A DNA stretch of 63,741 nucleotides, filler included, from Reticulomyxa filosa (GCA_000512085.1; 12 parts of 12 records of this genome joined end to end with filler, not necessarily neighbours in it), one strand, 5' to 3'. Shown: positions 41,381 to 55,168, counted from the first letter of the whole stretch. Notes: generated from the letters alone by a model not told the origin. Made by a program: numbers and translations.

Positions 41381-41480
41381 NNNNNNNNNNNNNNNNNNNN
41401 NNNNNNNNNNNNNNNNNNNNNNNNTTAATTAATTAANNNNNNNNNNNNNNNNNNNNNNNNNNNNNNNNNNNNNNNNNNNN
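41381..41480. other. Artificial contig linker
   Basis: N44-TTAATTAATTAA-N44. Confidence 0.98.
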
Positions 41481-42454
41481 ATAGATCAACACTACAAATG
41501 CGGAATTTGCAAATGCGGAAGGTATAAAAAAAATAAAACGGACAGACCGGAATTTCTTTGGAAGTGACGTCGGCTTGAATGGACTCGGTGGGAAGTGACT
41601 TGGCGGGTGTCAGGTCCAACGGAGGCAAATTCGCAGTGTTCAGGTCTTCTTCTTCTTCATCCACAAGAAGACGATGGTTATCGACGTATTCTTCACTCAA
41701 CATTGTGCTTGATGTGGGGATAATGTTGGCACCAAAAATCCGGCCTTTCATCTGTTCCGGCGTCGCGTCCGTGTGTGAACGTGGCTTATTTCTCCGTATG
41801 TTCGTGTTCAGCTTGCTATCGACGATATGATAATTACGAGTCCCCCCTTGGTTGTTTTCTTCAATGTCATTCTTTTTTTTTAATAAAACAAAATTATTTA
41901 TTTATTTTGCTCTGTTCACACTTCACCTCGAAACTGACCATATAATTATTATGTGTTGACACATATATTGCAAAAAGCGTGTGCACACATTTTGCACATT
42001 TATAAAAGTACATACGCATATTACATGTACGTATATAATATTTATATACATATATATATGTTTGCCAACTGAAGTAATATCAAAGTCATCATCGCTTTTA
42101 AGCTCTGTTTCTGTTGCTTCGGTTGCTGTTGTCATTCCGTCATCATCGTCTTCTTCTTCCTCGGCTTCGATTGTATCTTGGATCTTATCCAACATCGACT
42201 TTGGCATCTCGATCATTGTTGGTTGGTGTTGTAGGCTATGTCCTGTCTCCAAGTCCTCCATTTGACGAATAAAGTCTGTGAATTGATGCTATGCATTGTC
42301 GTTGTTGTTTTTGCTTTGTGTACTCGTTTTCGTTTTTTTCACATACACCTCTTTTTTTGTAAAAATTGCTTACTGGATCATCGCCAACATATAAATGAGT
42401 GAGCTGTGGTGTTGTTGGGGTTGTGGGCATACGCTCTGTTGAATTGCTCGTCAT
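41481..42454 (-). CDS. Hypothetical multi-exon protein, acidic/disordered N-terminal part (3' truncated)
   Basis: Higher-GC exons (MTSNSTERMPTTP.., MEDLETGHSL.., MKGRIFGAN..) separated by GT-AG introns. Confidence 0.6.
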
Positions 42455-43319
42455 CGAAGAAATTCAAACGAAAGAGTGGTATGTTTAATTAGGTAAAATC
42501 AAACAAAAAAATTTGCGGCCATCCTCCTCCCATTTTACCTTTTTTTTATTTTTACAGAGCTATTAAAGACCATCATACTCCAACATAATTTTTTGAAAAT
42601 AAACGACGATTGATATTATTTAAAAAAAAATACGTTAACAAGATTTTGACTTTTTTCTTTTTTGAAGTCTGAGTTTAGTAATAAAACCATTGACTTTTTC
42701 ATTTGTAGATATTTTGAAGAGTGACAAAATTATTTAAAGTATTCGAAGGATGACAAAATGATTCAATGGTTCTGGACATATATAAAGTCATTAAACAAAG
42801 AAGGCTTAAACCATTTGCTATTGTTTTGGAGTGGTTTGAGTTTGCCGTTATACGGATCGCCGGTCTGTTTTTTGAACCCTCTGCGTTTATACTAGCCTTG
42901 TTGCTCAATCTGCTCAAAATTTTTTGGAATAATTTTTTTTTTGTGATACTAAAACATGTGGCCTTTGCAAACTGTTTTTTGTTACTGATTTGTAGTACAA
43001 GTCCCTATTCTAAAGGTTGGAACTCGGGAGGACCCGAGGAACCCCCAGTGGGTTAAACTTCCTTTACAACCTTCTTCACTTTGCCTTGTTTTGTTTTCCT
43101 CTTTTTCGTGTCATTTCTATTTAATTTGTTTTAATTTACTTGTTTGTTGACAATCAGGCTCTTTGAGCAAAAAAGCACTTTCTTATTACATTTAGTGCGA
43201 ACTCTTTTCTGGCTGGCGTCTCACAAGGTCAATTTCATTTACTGCTTGCCATCCTATAGAACATAACATAAATTTTGTATGATAGCATTGCCAACAATAT
43301 TATGTTGACATAATTTTAT

Positions 43320-44974
43320 ATCTTGTGAACATATCACAAAAACTACAGATGAAACAGCTAAAAGATCGTGATTGTTGTGCCGGCCAGAATAGAACGTTAT
43401 GCGATGCTGTGTCAACGAGTTTTTGGAAGTACGTGCGAACTGTCGTAGACCGGTCGACGACAGCAGAAAATACATTCCCAGCGCAACGAGTGAAGACTGA
43501 TAAGCGACAGATCAATTCCAGGATAAAATAACTTTGGTGCAAAAGCGCATTTATCGCTGCTACAAACCAGAAAGACCGGTTGACAAAGGCATCGACCACG
43601 CAGATCGAGCAAAGAACCATGTCGTACCAGACAATCGAAAAAAAAAGTGAAAAATAAAAAAAAAGGTGAAGTGCAAATGATATGAAAAAAAAAAAGAAAA
43701 ATTAGTCAATGCGCTGGAAGAAAATCAATAAATGAAGACTATAGAAAAAAGTACCTGAAAAAAAGAAAAAAGAAAAGCGGACAAAATCGACATTGCGCAA
43801 AAGCGCAATAAAACCGACCATCAATTGTTGACCCAAAGTGATGGAACAACGAAGAAAAAGTTGGCGCACCACCGACCAAAGCGAACCGCATTGAGCGAAG
43901 ATTGGACAATGCCAAGTTGTACATTATATTTGCATGGATATTGAAACTTATTGCAAGTTTTTGTGAAAAGTCTTGTCAGTGGCAACCAGAAGTATTGAAA
44001 AGACTTGTTCATTATCAACGTTGGTATAGACAAGTATTTGCAGATTGACTCCTTATTTGGAAAACATCAGTTATGATGTTCAAACAGTTGGACAAGATAT
44101 ATCAAATCAACATCGAAAACATGAACATTGGATGCCACAATTCCTCCCGTATACTGAATCAAGTCAGCGCGATAGTAGAATCAAGAACCAATTTATAATC
44201 TCCAAGGACTTGCTGTTATTCGGTTGGATATTTTTGTGCGACAGTTCCCCTTTCATATCACATGATATTACAAATTGTGCATGTGTCCATTCTTGAAAAA
44301 GTTAAACTATTTTATATTTGTACATATATATTCAATTTACACAACATCTTTATACGTATATCATTATATATTTATATGTGTATGTATGTATTGCTTGGAA
44401 CTTTTGAATAGATATCCATAAGTGCACTACATGTATATGGACACGTTGTTGCTGTTTCTATTGCGACTGGTGCTGCAGCGAATCACAAGCAACAATGCAA
44501 CAGTAAAATCAGTGGTAACGGTATCGATGATCTCATCACGTGAAAGTAAAAAGTGGCAACTAAGTCGAATTGTTGCTGATGAAAATTCAATAGTCAATCT
44601 AGAGCCATAATACAAAGAACACGCAAAAAAAATTTTGACATGTGCAAAATTGCATTTTGTCCCGATTTGAGTATTTTTGTGTTGAAATTATAATTAAAAA
44701 AATTACTAAAACCATAATTCATGTGCAATTCTCCAGCTCCCTGATATCTCTAATCCCAAAACTAAATCGTTATTTCACGCTCTTCACCAAGAGCTGGTTT
44801 CCAAATGGGTATTGATAAGACAGACGTGTCTGAGGCTTGGATATAAAAGAGGTTATATCACAAAATTCCATTTGTCAGTGTTTGTAGAAGCCGTCGCTAC
44901 TGGTTTTTCATTCTCTTTGTCTGTATCAGCTACTCCTTCGACGACTTGGGACGATTCTATCAACTGTTCTTCTG
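43320..44974 (+). pseudogene. Probable decayed gene of unknown family
   Basis: Exon-like GC content, an intron-like segment at ~44301-44411 and protein-like fragments that switch frames with stops. Strand not certain. Confidence 0.3.
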
Positions 44975-45074
44975 NNNNNNNNNNNNNNNNNNNNNNNNNN
45001 NNNNNNNNNNNNNNNNNNTTAATTAATTAANNNNNNNNNNNNNNNNNNNNNNNNNNNNNNNNNNNNNNNNNNNN
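44975..45074. other. Artificial contig linker
   Basis: N44-TTAATTAATTAA-N44. Confidence 0.98.
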
Positions 45075-45481
45075 AAAAAAAAAAAAAAAAAAAAAAAAAA
45101 GGGTTTGTGCCAAAGCTCATATGTGAACTTTTTTGTTTTGAAACGAACCTCCACGTGTTGATCGAGCAGGGTTACTAGGTCAATTGGAAATTCCAATGAC
45201 AATGGCTCTGACCTATATTTGTGGACCACGTGCGACAACAACTCGATCATTGCTTGCAGGTCTTTCGTTCGCTCTTTTGTGTGGCTTCCTGCTGCACTCA
45301 TAAACAACAGCTGCAATAACGACTTCCAATGGCTCAGCTGTCGCAACACATCCTTCTGGTACGCACCTGGGTTCAACTTCACTTTATGGCGTAACGCCAA
45401 CAAATTATCTGTTGAACTCACTGCATTTGAGACCGCACCCAACGGTCCTTTGCTCGTTAGTTTAGTCTTAAATTTCGGCAT
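45075..45481 (-). CDS. SDA1: SDA1 (60S biogenesis factor), first exon
   Basis: NLLALRHKVKLNPGAYQKDVLRQLSHWKS...LQAMIELLSHVVHKY...FPIDLVTLL aligns to the SDA1 N-terminus ([20 protein letters not shown]...FPQEVKDLL). Confidence 0.8.
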
Positions 45482-46475
45482 GACTAGATTATTTCAAGCC
45501 GATAAAGCTTTATTTTTTCTAAAGGGGAGAGTTATGTTCCAACTGCCCCTCTTCCCCTTTGTAAGGAAACTCCGTTTAAAGATAAATCAAGTCAATTGTC
45601 CAAAGGTATTTGCCTTTTATATTACTTTTGTAACCTGTTCTATGTAATTATATCACTTTCCTTGCGCAAAAAAGTCGTTCGATCGGCTTTGATCGATGAA
45701 CACTAGTCTCTGGAAGGCTGGTAAACAAAAAATAAGTTAATTGTTGTGAAAAGTAATCCCTTTGCTTGCTCTTAGATTAAAATGTAATGCAAAAAAGAAT
45801 TATTTTTAACAAATTTCAAGAATAAAAGAAAAGTAAAAAATAATGAAAAAGTTGGAAAGAAGAAAAAAAACATTCCAAGACGATTTGGAATATTTTAAAT
45901 TATCGATCATTTGTTTTACCAAGAAGATTTTGCCTTTAACTAAAAATAATTAAAAACATGGCGGTGACTATGTTCACAAAATTGCCTTGTTGATACTTTT
46001 CAAAATACTCATTAAAAAAAAATTTAAAAAGTATCTCAAGGTCATTTTTGATTAATTTAGTTCAAAAAATCTGAAATCGTTCTATTTCTTCATTAATTTA
46101 ATAGCAAATTGCAAAAATTTTTAAACATGTGTTGAAATTAAATATTTTAATAATGAAATCCTTAAAGTACTATTAGTCATAAATTTTGTTAAGAAAAAAA
46201 AGAAACGCAGCAATTTTAAAAATTGTATATTAATATATTTAAATGCTAAAGACAAAAAAGAGTTAATATTTCTAACTTGAAACAAAAACTATTGCTTATA
46301 TTGTTTTCTTCAATAAACTTGTTGGAATGGAGTTGATATAAATTCATAGTTTACTCATGTTATAGTTGAAAAAGGTTCAATGTTTTTTGTGTAATTATGG
46401 TTGTGCGCTTTTTAAAACTTGTTGGTATTTTCCCTCTTCATTTTTCCTAATTCGTTTTTTCTCTAATTTCAAGCA

Positions 46476-47596
46476 ATGAGTCTGATTGAAGCCCAAGACG
46501 CTAGCACCTTTGAGGTAATCAACGCAAAGGGACACGACAAAATCACGAAAGGCGGCAATGTTCTTGTCAGAAACATGAACACCAGACGTGCATTTGGGTC
46601 CGAATTGACAAATTTGGCTCCGAGCCAAATAGTAAACGTGGATGTCCAAGACATGGATAATCAAATGAAGAATCCTGCTGAAAAACCTTTGAAGCGCAAC
46701 TCATCAGCTGTTAAATAACGAGCAAACAAAAATTTGCTCTATTTATTTTTTTTAATAACTAAAAAAAGTTGGTTGTAATTCGCGTGTTTGCCAAAAAATA
46801 ATAAAATTACAAAATTTTTTGCTGACTCATCAAATTTTTTGTCAACATACAGGCCGAGTTGGATGAACAAGGGCCCCCATTGAAAAGGTGTCGGTACAAT
46901 TTAAACCGCAGTGAATCGGACGTAGAGAGTACGAAAAATGAGGAAAAAGACGAGAAAGCGAATGAAATGGCGAAAAAAGAAGAAGAAAAAGAAGTAATAG
47001 AAGAAAGGGGAGCCGAAGTAGAAGGCACGAGCCAAGCAAACACGAATGGCGAAGAGATCAAGACATCAATTGAGGCAACAACAGCGGGGACAAGAGATCG
47101 TGGCACCGTACTGGTCAATCATGATTTGAAGAGCTTGCAATTGTCATCGCCCTGTCGGCACCATAGCCGTGATGCGCCTGGAAGAAGTAAGCAAGAGGCT
47201 GAAGGGCTCAGTCCCGATATAGTCCGTCAAAGGATTTCAACCTATTTCAATGAAGTCAAAAACCTCGCCGAATGGGATGTTAATGATGCCCACGACGATT
47301 TGGCTTGCGTTCACTATGTCAACGACATAAAGCGCCGACTCGAGTTGGAAAACAATATATACATATATAATTTATTTGTAATATATATATATATATATTT
47401 ATGATATCTTAGAAACAACGGCAACAACAAAAAATTATATCAAATGAACAATTGCTACAACGTGCAATAAAACGAGTCGCATCCAAAACTGTCTTTCTCT
47501 CCCCGACAATTTTTTTATTTGTTTTTCTCCGATTGCTTACTCAACAAAAAATGGGAACACAAGTGTTTCTCTTATTTGCACCCTCTTTTTTTTTTT
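46476..47596 (+). CDS. Mitotic (A/B-type) cyclin, N-terminal part
   Basis: Destruction-box-like RRAFGSELTN and pre-cyclin-box motif WDVNDAHDDLACVHYVNDI. The cyclin box itself is cut off by the contig end. Confidence 0.7.
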
Positions 47597-47696
47597 NNNN
47601 NNNNNNNNNNNNNNNNNNNNNNNNNNNNNNNNNNNNNNNNTTAATTAATTAANNNNNNNNNNNNNNNNNNNNNNNNNNNNNNNNNNNNNNNNNNNN
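47597..47696. other. Artificial contig linker
   Basis: N44-TTAATTAATTAA-N44. Confidence 0.98.
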
Positions 47697-47893
47697 ATAA
47701 TACAATTCGATTTTGGGATATTCGATCAAATAAGAATGAATTGTATATGATCAAAGGAAATGAGAATGAAGATGATGGAATAATTTGTCTTAAATTTATT
47801 GAATTGAAAAAGAAAGATAAGACAAAGAATATTAAATATGATTTGAATTTGTGTTATGGTTCAAGCAAAGGTCCCATTCGTATTTGTGGATAA
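47697..47893 (+). CDS. C-terminal fragment of expanded WD40 family gene
   Basis: NTIRFWDIRSNKNELYMIKGNENEDDGIICLKFIELKKKDK...LCYGSSKGPIRICG*, a close paralog of 40187-40383. Confidence 0.8.
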
Positions 47894-48329
47894 TTGAATT
47901 TTTTGTTGAACAAGAGATGAAAGTGATTTTGTTTGAAAGTTTGATAAAAGTAAAGTAAGTTGATATTAAACTTGTTTGATTTGATTGAATGCGAGCATTG
48001 AAAAAATTTTTTTATCTTACTTTTTTGTTTAAAAAAATTAAAAAACTGCATCTAATGTTTTTTAAAATAATTCAAAAGCATAATAATAAAAATTATAGCA
48101 TACAATGGCATGATTAAGACTATTTTGAAAAGCACATAATGTTTTTAATAATTTTTTCTTGTATTGTTTTCCAAAAACAGAGCAAGATCAGCTTAAAAAA
48201 ATTGCTTAAGTGCATAAAGAAAACAGTATATTGTATAAGATTTACAAAAAAGTTATTGATTATCCATATCTTGATAAACAAAACTAATAACTACACTAAC
48301 TCTAAAAAAGACTTTTCAATACACTTTAA

Positions 48330-48988
48330 TGCTTTTGTTGATCTTGTCCTTTTGTTTGGTGGCATCATTCTTCCATTTTCAGGTATTGTTCTTAATGTGA
48401 CACAACCAATGTTTTTTCATTACCCTATCCTAATTTTCTTTTTTTATTATTAACTTTTTGACCTAGTATTGGACTAGCTCTTATTGAGCTATTTGAACTT
48501 CTTTGCGAGTTCCCGTTTTGCGATTTTTCGCTTGCAATGTCACTGTCACTATTACTATCACTATCATCAATGTTTTCCTTGTCTTTAGGGATCATGATTC
48601 CAAAATCTTTTTCTTTTTTTACTTCATCATCAACTTTCTACCAAGTTTCTCAATGTCTTCCCATTTCATAGCGAATACCATTTATAATTTGATCCCAATC
48701 ATATTTTGGAAAGTCTCTTTTCAAATTCTCTAAGCGTCCTTCAGTTAATATCTTTGGTTGGATCCAAATCTTTGTGTAATCTTTACCTTTGCAGATTTTC
48801 TTGCGTTCACTAACATTAGTGAAATTCCACATGTGAGAGGTCAACGCATTTCTATATTTGAGTACCTCCAGGCAGTAAGGACACGTAAACGAAGCAGTAT
48901 TGTCAACTATAGTAAATGACTGATTAGGATATCGTTGCTCAACCAGACCAGAATAGACAGGAGTTCTAGATCTAACAGCAGCAGTCAT
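48330..48988 (-). pseudogene. Zinc-finger-like gene, frameshifted after ~110 aa
   Basis: FTCPYCLEVLKYRNALTSHM...C. Protein-like continuation in shifted frames (MKWEDIEKLG / VDDEVKKEKDFG..DDSDSNSDSD). Confidence 0.45.
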
Positions 48989-49378
48989 TGATAAAAAAGT
49001 ACCTACGTGACTTGAAGATTCCTAAAATGAAAACAAAAAGGTTTAAAAATTTCTTATTTTCAATACAAGTTCAATTTATATCAACTCATTCGAAATTTTT
49101 AAAAATCATTTTAAAAAATCATGTTTTTGATCAATCTAGAAAAAAATTATTATAAAACCAATTTTATATTTAAAATCTACAAGATTAGTAGATATTTTTT
49201 TTAAAAAATTAAGTTTAAATGTTTATTTTTCATGGAGAAAATCGGTTCTCTTCATATAGTGCCATTTAGGTATGTCAGTTTTTTTTGCAATCTACTATAT
49301 TTAATATTTTTTTTTAGATTAAAGTTGTTTTATTAATTAGAAAAAATAAAACTTTTTAAATTACGAATGGTCTTTGCT

Positions 49379-49766
49379 TTATAAATTTGTTACTGTTTTT
49401 TGTGTCTTATCTTTTTCAACGAAAGGCAAACAATCATTAATGGTCTCTGATGTTGCAGTTTTAATAGCAGTGTTTTCTTTCGATGTTTTTGCTTTGCAAA
49501 TAAATATGCAAAGTAAATTAACATTATGGTTGCAACAACGTCTTTCCAAAAATTTATTCATTCTTGCTTTGTATTTTTGCTCATTGTTATCTAGAAATTT
49601 CCATTGTTCAAAAACAGTTAGTAATTCAGTTGTTAGATTGACATCTTTTTTACAACAACGAATTGCAGCATAAATAAGATTTAAATCAATGGAATGATTC
49701 CACATTGCACTTATTTGCATAATTTGTTGGATATACTGATCATATTCAACCCATGTCAATAATATC
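49379..49766 (-). CDS. C-terminal part of lineage-specific hypothetical protein family
   Basis: Open frame to the contig edge with motifs FEQWK, FLERRCCNHNVNL and LPFVEKDK. Confidence 0.6.
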
Positions 49767-49866
49767 NNNNNNNNNNNNNNNNNNNNNNNNNNNNNNNNNN
49801 NNNNNNNNNNTTAATTAATTAANNNNNNNNNNNNNNNNNNNNNNNNNNNNNNNNNNNNNNNNNNNN
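49767..49866. other. Artificial contig linker
   Basis: N44-TTAATTAATTAA-N44. Confidence 0.98.
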
Positions 49867-51504
49867 TTTCAGTTACTTTTGCTATACCTTTCTTTCAATT
49901 AAGAAAACAAATAAATAAGAAAAAGGCATATAGAATTGATGAAAAAAAAAGTTGATAAGAATAATTGTAAAATTCTAATTTTGAATATATATGTACGCAT
50001 ACATATATAATATCCAATAGACAATGGAATTGCTGGAAGTCCTAACAATACATTGGCTCATAAGACGCCGAGTGTAGATAGAACTTCGTTTTCGTTCAAT
50101 CCAATGGTGATAAAAGTCCATGTGGAAGCAAACAGGACGCAATTGTTATTATTGCAATCAATGAGGGCGTCGACGTGTGCAACCCTTACCTCGCACTGGC
50201 ATTATAATTACAATATTTGCGCCAATATGCTAGGCACGGGGCTTTATGTATTGACAATATGTAGTAGTAGAAGCACAGCCGCCCACAATGACCCCATATG
50301 GCTGACAATACAAAGTGGACGTACCACCACGACGACAGTGACTTGAGCCAAAATGAAAAAACGACATGCCCGCAATTTCGACACAACAAATGGACATTCA
50401 AGGCAATTTATTTTACACAAGTATATATGTGTAGTTATAAATCTACATAAAATTTTGTTGACCTACTTTTTCTCCTTGAGAAATTCTATGCTAATTGTTT
50501 TTCACTTTGATCTTATGTAATGAATAGGAAACAATAAAATTGAGGGAAAAAGGCATTCGACGATGTGGGCACTGGTGTATCGAAAGATCAATTGCTGATT
50601 TGCGCTTCGTTAATTTAATATCTTTTTCCATCTAAAAAAACAACACAAAAACACGTTATATTAAATATAATATTTGTAATTTGAAATAATCAATAGATGA
50701 AAAGTCAGTGATGCGCAATTGAACAGCGCTACCAAACAAGTCTTGTTCGAACTCGTGGTGAAAATGACGCAATGGAAGACTGGAGAAAAGTTTTGGGGAA
50801 TCAGACAGCAAAAGGCCGTGATAATGTACATCATCTATCGCTATCATTCAATCTCATAACGTCGTCGAATCAAAGCATCAATCTAAACTTTAAGTTACAA
50901 CTAATTTTTTTTTGTTAAAAATGTTACATTTATTTAAATATATACTTATTCAAATAATAAATGTGTACATATTTTTTTTTTAGGCAATGAACCAGATTCA
51001 AATAAAAAAGAAAAAGCGGGGTAGAAGACAACTCCGTCTCCGAAAGGAGTGAACAAGGTGTGTATCTTTTTCTTTTTTTAAAAAAATGTTCAAATGTTGT
51101 GTATTTGTGTACAAATAGTTACCAGTCAATGTTGTTATTTTTATATCCCCATTCACAAACAAAAAAATGGGGTTGAAGGCCACCCCGTTTGCGAGATAAG
51201 GGCTAGAGGTATGCTATATATATATATATTTCTTTTGTTATATAATGTAAATATGTGTATGTGTGATAATAGGAATTCCCCCGCACAAAGAAAAAATTAT
51301 TTATTTTTTTTGCCCCCCTCCCAATATATAAACAATTAAAAAAATTGCTTGAGTGTTGCTACATAGGAAAAAAAATATTAGATCGAACTCAAATGTGTAT
51401 GTATATTTTTTATTGCTTTTTAAAAAAATTAAAAATTTGATTGTGTGTACATAGATGCACCAGAACGCAAACGGTCCAGATCCAAAGACGTTATTTTAAA
51501 AAAA

Positions 51505-51790
51505 TTATGAAAGGTGGTGAGGGAAAAAAAGAGAAAATAATAAATAAAAGTGGGTGAGTAAAAAAAAAGGGGAAAAAGAAAGGAGGAAAAAGAAATAATT
51601 ATTGATAAAAGGGGGGAAAAAGGAAGAATGATGAAAGAAGGGAGGAAAAAAAGGATATAAAGAATAAAAGGGGAAAAAAGGAAGAATAAGGAAAGAAGGG
51701 AGGAAAAAAAATAAGAATAAAGGATAAAAGGGGAAAAAAAAGGATAAAAGAAAGTAGAAAAAAAGAATAAAAGAAAAAAAGAAAAAAAAG
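51505..51790 (+). repeat. Purine-rich (A/G) low-complexity tract
   Basis: Essentially C-free tract with degenerate units such as GAAAGAAGGGAGGAAAAAAA and ATAAAAGGGGAAAAAA. Confidence 0.8.
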
Positions 51791-52099
51791 ATTAAAGTAT
51801 AAGTTGGAGTAATGCTCCAAAAAATAATTATACACTGGCAAATGCCAGCATTCATAGTTAAGTAAAAAAATATTTTCTTTTTTTTTGTATATGACTTGTT
51901 AAAATAAAAAATATAGACAGCAAACAAGTTCCGATAAAAAGTATCTACTATTACACGTATTCTCACTTTCAATACTACTTGTGTGCGTTTATCTTTTTTT
52001 TTTTTTGCAACACTGTTTTTTTTAATTATAGGTGGAAAGGAAAAACGAAAGTGTGTGATCCCGCGTGTGAAAAATAAAAAAAAAAGATGGATATAGCAC

Positions 52100-55000
52100 A
52101 AGAGACGAGATTGTCGTCAATGGGTATTTGTATGGAATATTATAGCCGTCGGAACAACAAGTATTGATTATATGGTTTTATATTTCATTTTAATTCAAAG
52201 AAATTTTAAAAAATAAAACAAAACAAAAGATTGTTATCAAAATAAATTTATTTGAAATACAGACTTAGAGCCGAAGTACTTGTGTTTAGTGTATTGTCCA
52301 ATTGATGCATATCCTGAAGAAACCTTGGTCCTCATAGAGGAATGAACACGACGATCTGTCGTACAATACAGTGGAGTCTCGATATTATGAAAATCGACGT
52401 CACGTGCAAAGAAAACGACACACCAAAAGCATTGTAGATGTTTGGCTTACTCGAAGAATAATTTTGAATGCGAATGCCCACTGATATTGTCAATGATGCA
52501 AAGGGCGCATTTATCCAGCTGTAAAAAAGGTTCCATTTGAGGAAGGAGACCGAAATAATTTGTCACGCACACGATGGATATTGTGCGCTGACGTTGCCCA
52601 AATGCCAAGAAGATATATGGACGGATTATGGACGATCAATTTGATCTATTTGCAAAAAGAAGACATATTATGGAATTGTATTGTAGTGCCCATAAACTGA
52701 TCTTTATTTAATCTCCAAGCAGCATATAATGGAAATCTAAATTACATGCACCATCACCGAGATCTTTACTCGCAATCGCATCGTCACCTTTTATTAGTAA
52801 ATTCGAGTCAAATTGGCATAGTACGTAGGGATATAACTACCACAATGATATGCGCAATATGTAATGGAATACGATGCTACAATTTTCATCACTCATTCTT
52901 TTTCTATCTCTCACACGAAAATTCAAACATTTGTCCAATTAATTCCACATGTCCGAAGTCCTGTTAAGCTCAAGTCGCTATCCTGCAAAGCTGATCTTAG
53001 CATTATTCTCCAACACCGACCCCAATTTTTTCTTCTGCTCAATTTCCTGCTGTGAAATTAACTGTGGCTTATATTATCCATCGTGCTCGTATAATTGAAT
53101 CCGTTTTGATGGAATGGGCTTACATTAATCTCCCATTTGCGCTAGCTAGTATCCGAATTTCCATGAAATACTGAATATATATATATATATATATTATATG
53201 TTATGATTTTCAATATCTATCCTTGTGCCTCATCGTATTGCCATACCAACAATGTCAAGATATGTGTATCATGTTATTGAGAGGAAGTAAAGAGATTTGG
53301 ATTATTTCTCTTGCACTATTGCAACCCAATGTAATAGCTTCATTGCAACGTGGAATATCCTCGATATCAGTTGTAACAATTACTTCCTTACAATTTGATT
53401 CAAACACACCACAACAATCGTGTCAAACCATCATTTCTCACATTTCTCGACAATAACCTCAACTTTGGTGCCAACACGAAGTTAAACGATATTCCCAACA
53501 AGGCGTCCTACAATGTATACACGCACCTTTTTCACTACAGTTGTGAGGACGATGCGTATTGCCATAACAAATCTAGTTTTTACGAAGCCGTTTCGAAGTG
53601 TGCTGTGTTTTTCGGATTGCACAAATTGGATGAATTGCATCGATAGTGAAAAGCAAGCGTGTACCTTTGCATTACAAGTGGCTTGGAATACTGAATACGG
53701 TGGCGCAGTAACAAAGACCACTTGCTTCAAGATAAAGATATTGCGAATTGAAGTTGGATAGTCCATTTATAATGGCCAACGTTGTGCTGCATGACGGTCT
53801 CGAACATGTGTTATTCGTCGTGGAACTGTAATAAGTGCATCCTTCGGATGGGCGATGCTATTATGTCATTGCGGACATGCAACGACGCCAAACAGCCAAG
53901 AGAATATCGTGTGGTGGGTGGGTAAAGTTTTGGATTCGCTGCAGTTCTTTGGCGTAGTCAAATCACATGTCGTTGAAGAAATTGATCAAAACAATTTCTT
54001 GTTTCAATTCGGAACCACATTACGACTCACCTTCCAATAAAACATGAGTACCAATGCGGTTCGGGATATTGATCGTGTTCCAAATGGATCATTGGAAAGA
54101 AACGTGCAATGCATGTGGTTTAATGACTACAGTGCAGTCAATCATTTGCTTGTAATCCAAGTGGCTCTCCATTGTCGTCCCACCTTTTTGCTAATATCAA
54201 CGCTGATGCAAATTACAGTTGTACTACATACAAACGCATTGAGAGTATATGAACATTAGTCGATCATACTTCTGGAATCACATCCAATTTGTGTGCCAGC
54301 TATACGATATTATACAAATGGCTTGATCTTATCTATCTATTATCGAACATCGACCAGGCTCGTGCGATCAAGCAATGTCAAAATGTACTAGCAAACTTGG
54401 GCACGTATTACAAAAAGGCCACATTCAACCAAACGAATATATCCTCGATAATTGAATATTACCTCCAAAAGTGTCGTACCAACAGAACGCAGCGTAATTG
54501 TATCATTACCCAAATTAGTCTTTTCTTGATGCTTATCACAATTACATATCAAAAGTGTATTTTGTGATAAAATTACACAGTCAAAGAAAGGAACGAGAAA
54601 ACAGTTGTACCAGAGTTGTTATAGTGGATACGCCTTTAGACAATGATGGAAATATTCAAGTGGATGCATATTCAATGAGCTGAAACTCTCATTGGGCATG
54701 CAATCCTGCAATTATTCAAATTCAAACAATGAATAACCCAGAATAATGGGGGGACTGAGAGAGAGAGAAAGCATAGGAAATAGAAAGAAAATAAAAGAAA
54801 GAGATCAGAAGTGAAGGATATCAGCTCTATTTGAAGGTTGGTGTTGATATATGTTGTTTGTATCCTATTTTCAGTGGCTGTAATATACAATATAAACATG
54901 GGCTCTTTCATTGTGAAGTTTTTTGCTTTAGATAGTGAGAAGGAAAAAAGAAACGAAAGAGAAGAGGCAAAAGTATCGACAAATAGCGACAATGTGAAAA

Positions 55001-55168
55001 TTGCAATAAATCTTATGGAAGTGAAACAACGATAACAACGTATCGATAAAAGAAGTATGAACCTATTGTGAGAAGCAAGTCATATGCCCACGTCCACACG
55101 GAGACAATGTGGATGAAGATGACAACACAATAATCCCTTGGATGTGCGTCGCGTTTTTTATCAAGCCC
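52100..55168 (+). pseudogene. Heavily decayed gene, probably a Cys-rich surface/membrane protein
   Basis: Exon-like composition over 3 kb but no ORF >110 aa. Cys-rich fragments (CEDDAYCHNK..CTNWMNCIDS..AC) and a hydrophobic segment (VLIYVVCILFSVAVIY). Confidence 0.35.

Noticed and set aside
43030-43120. Antizyme-like frameshift site (short ORF, stop, hairpin)
   Set aside because: No antizyme-like ORF2 in the shifted frames and no recognised slippery site.
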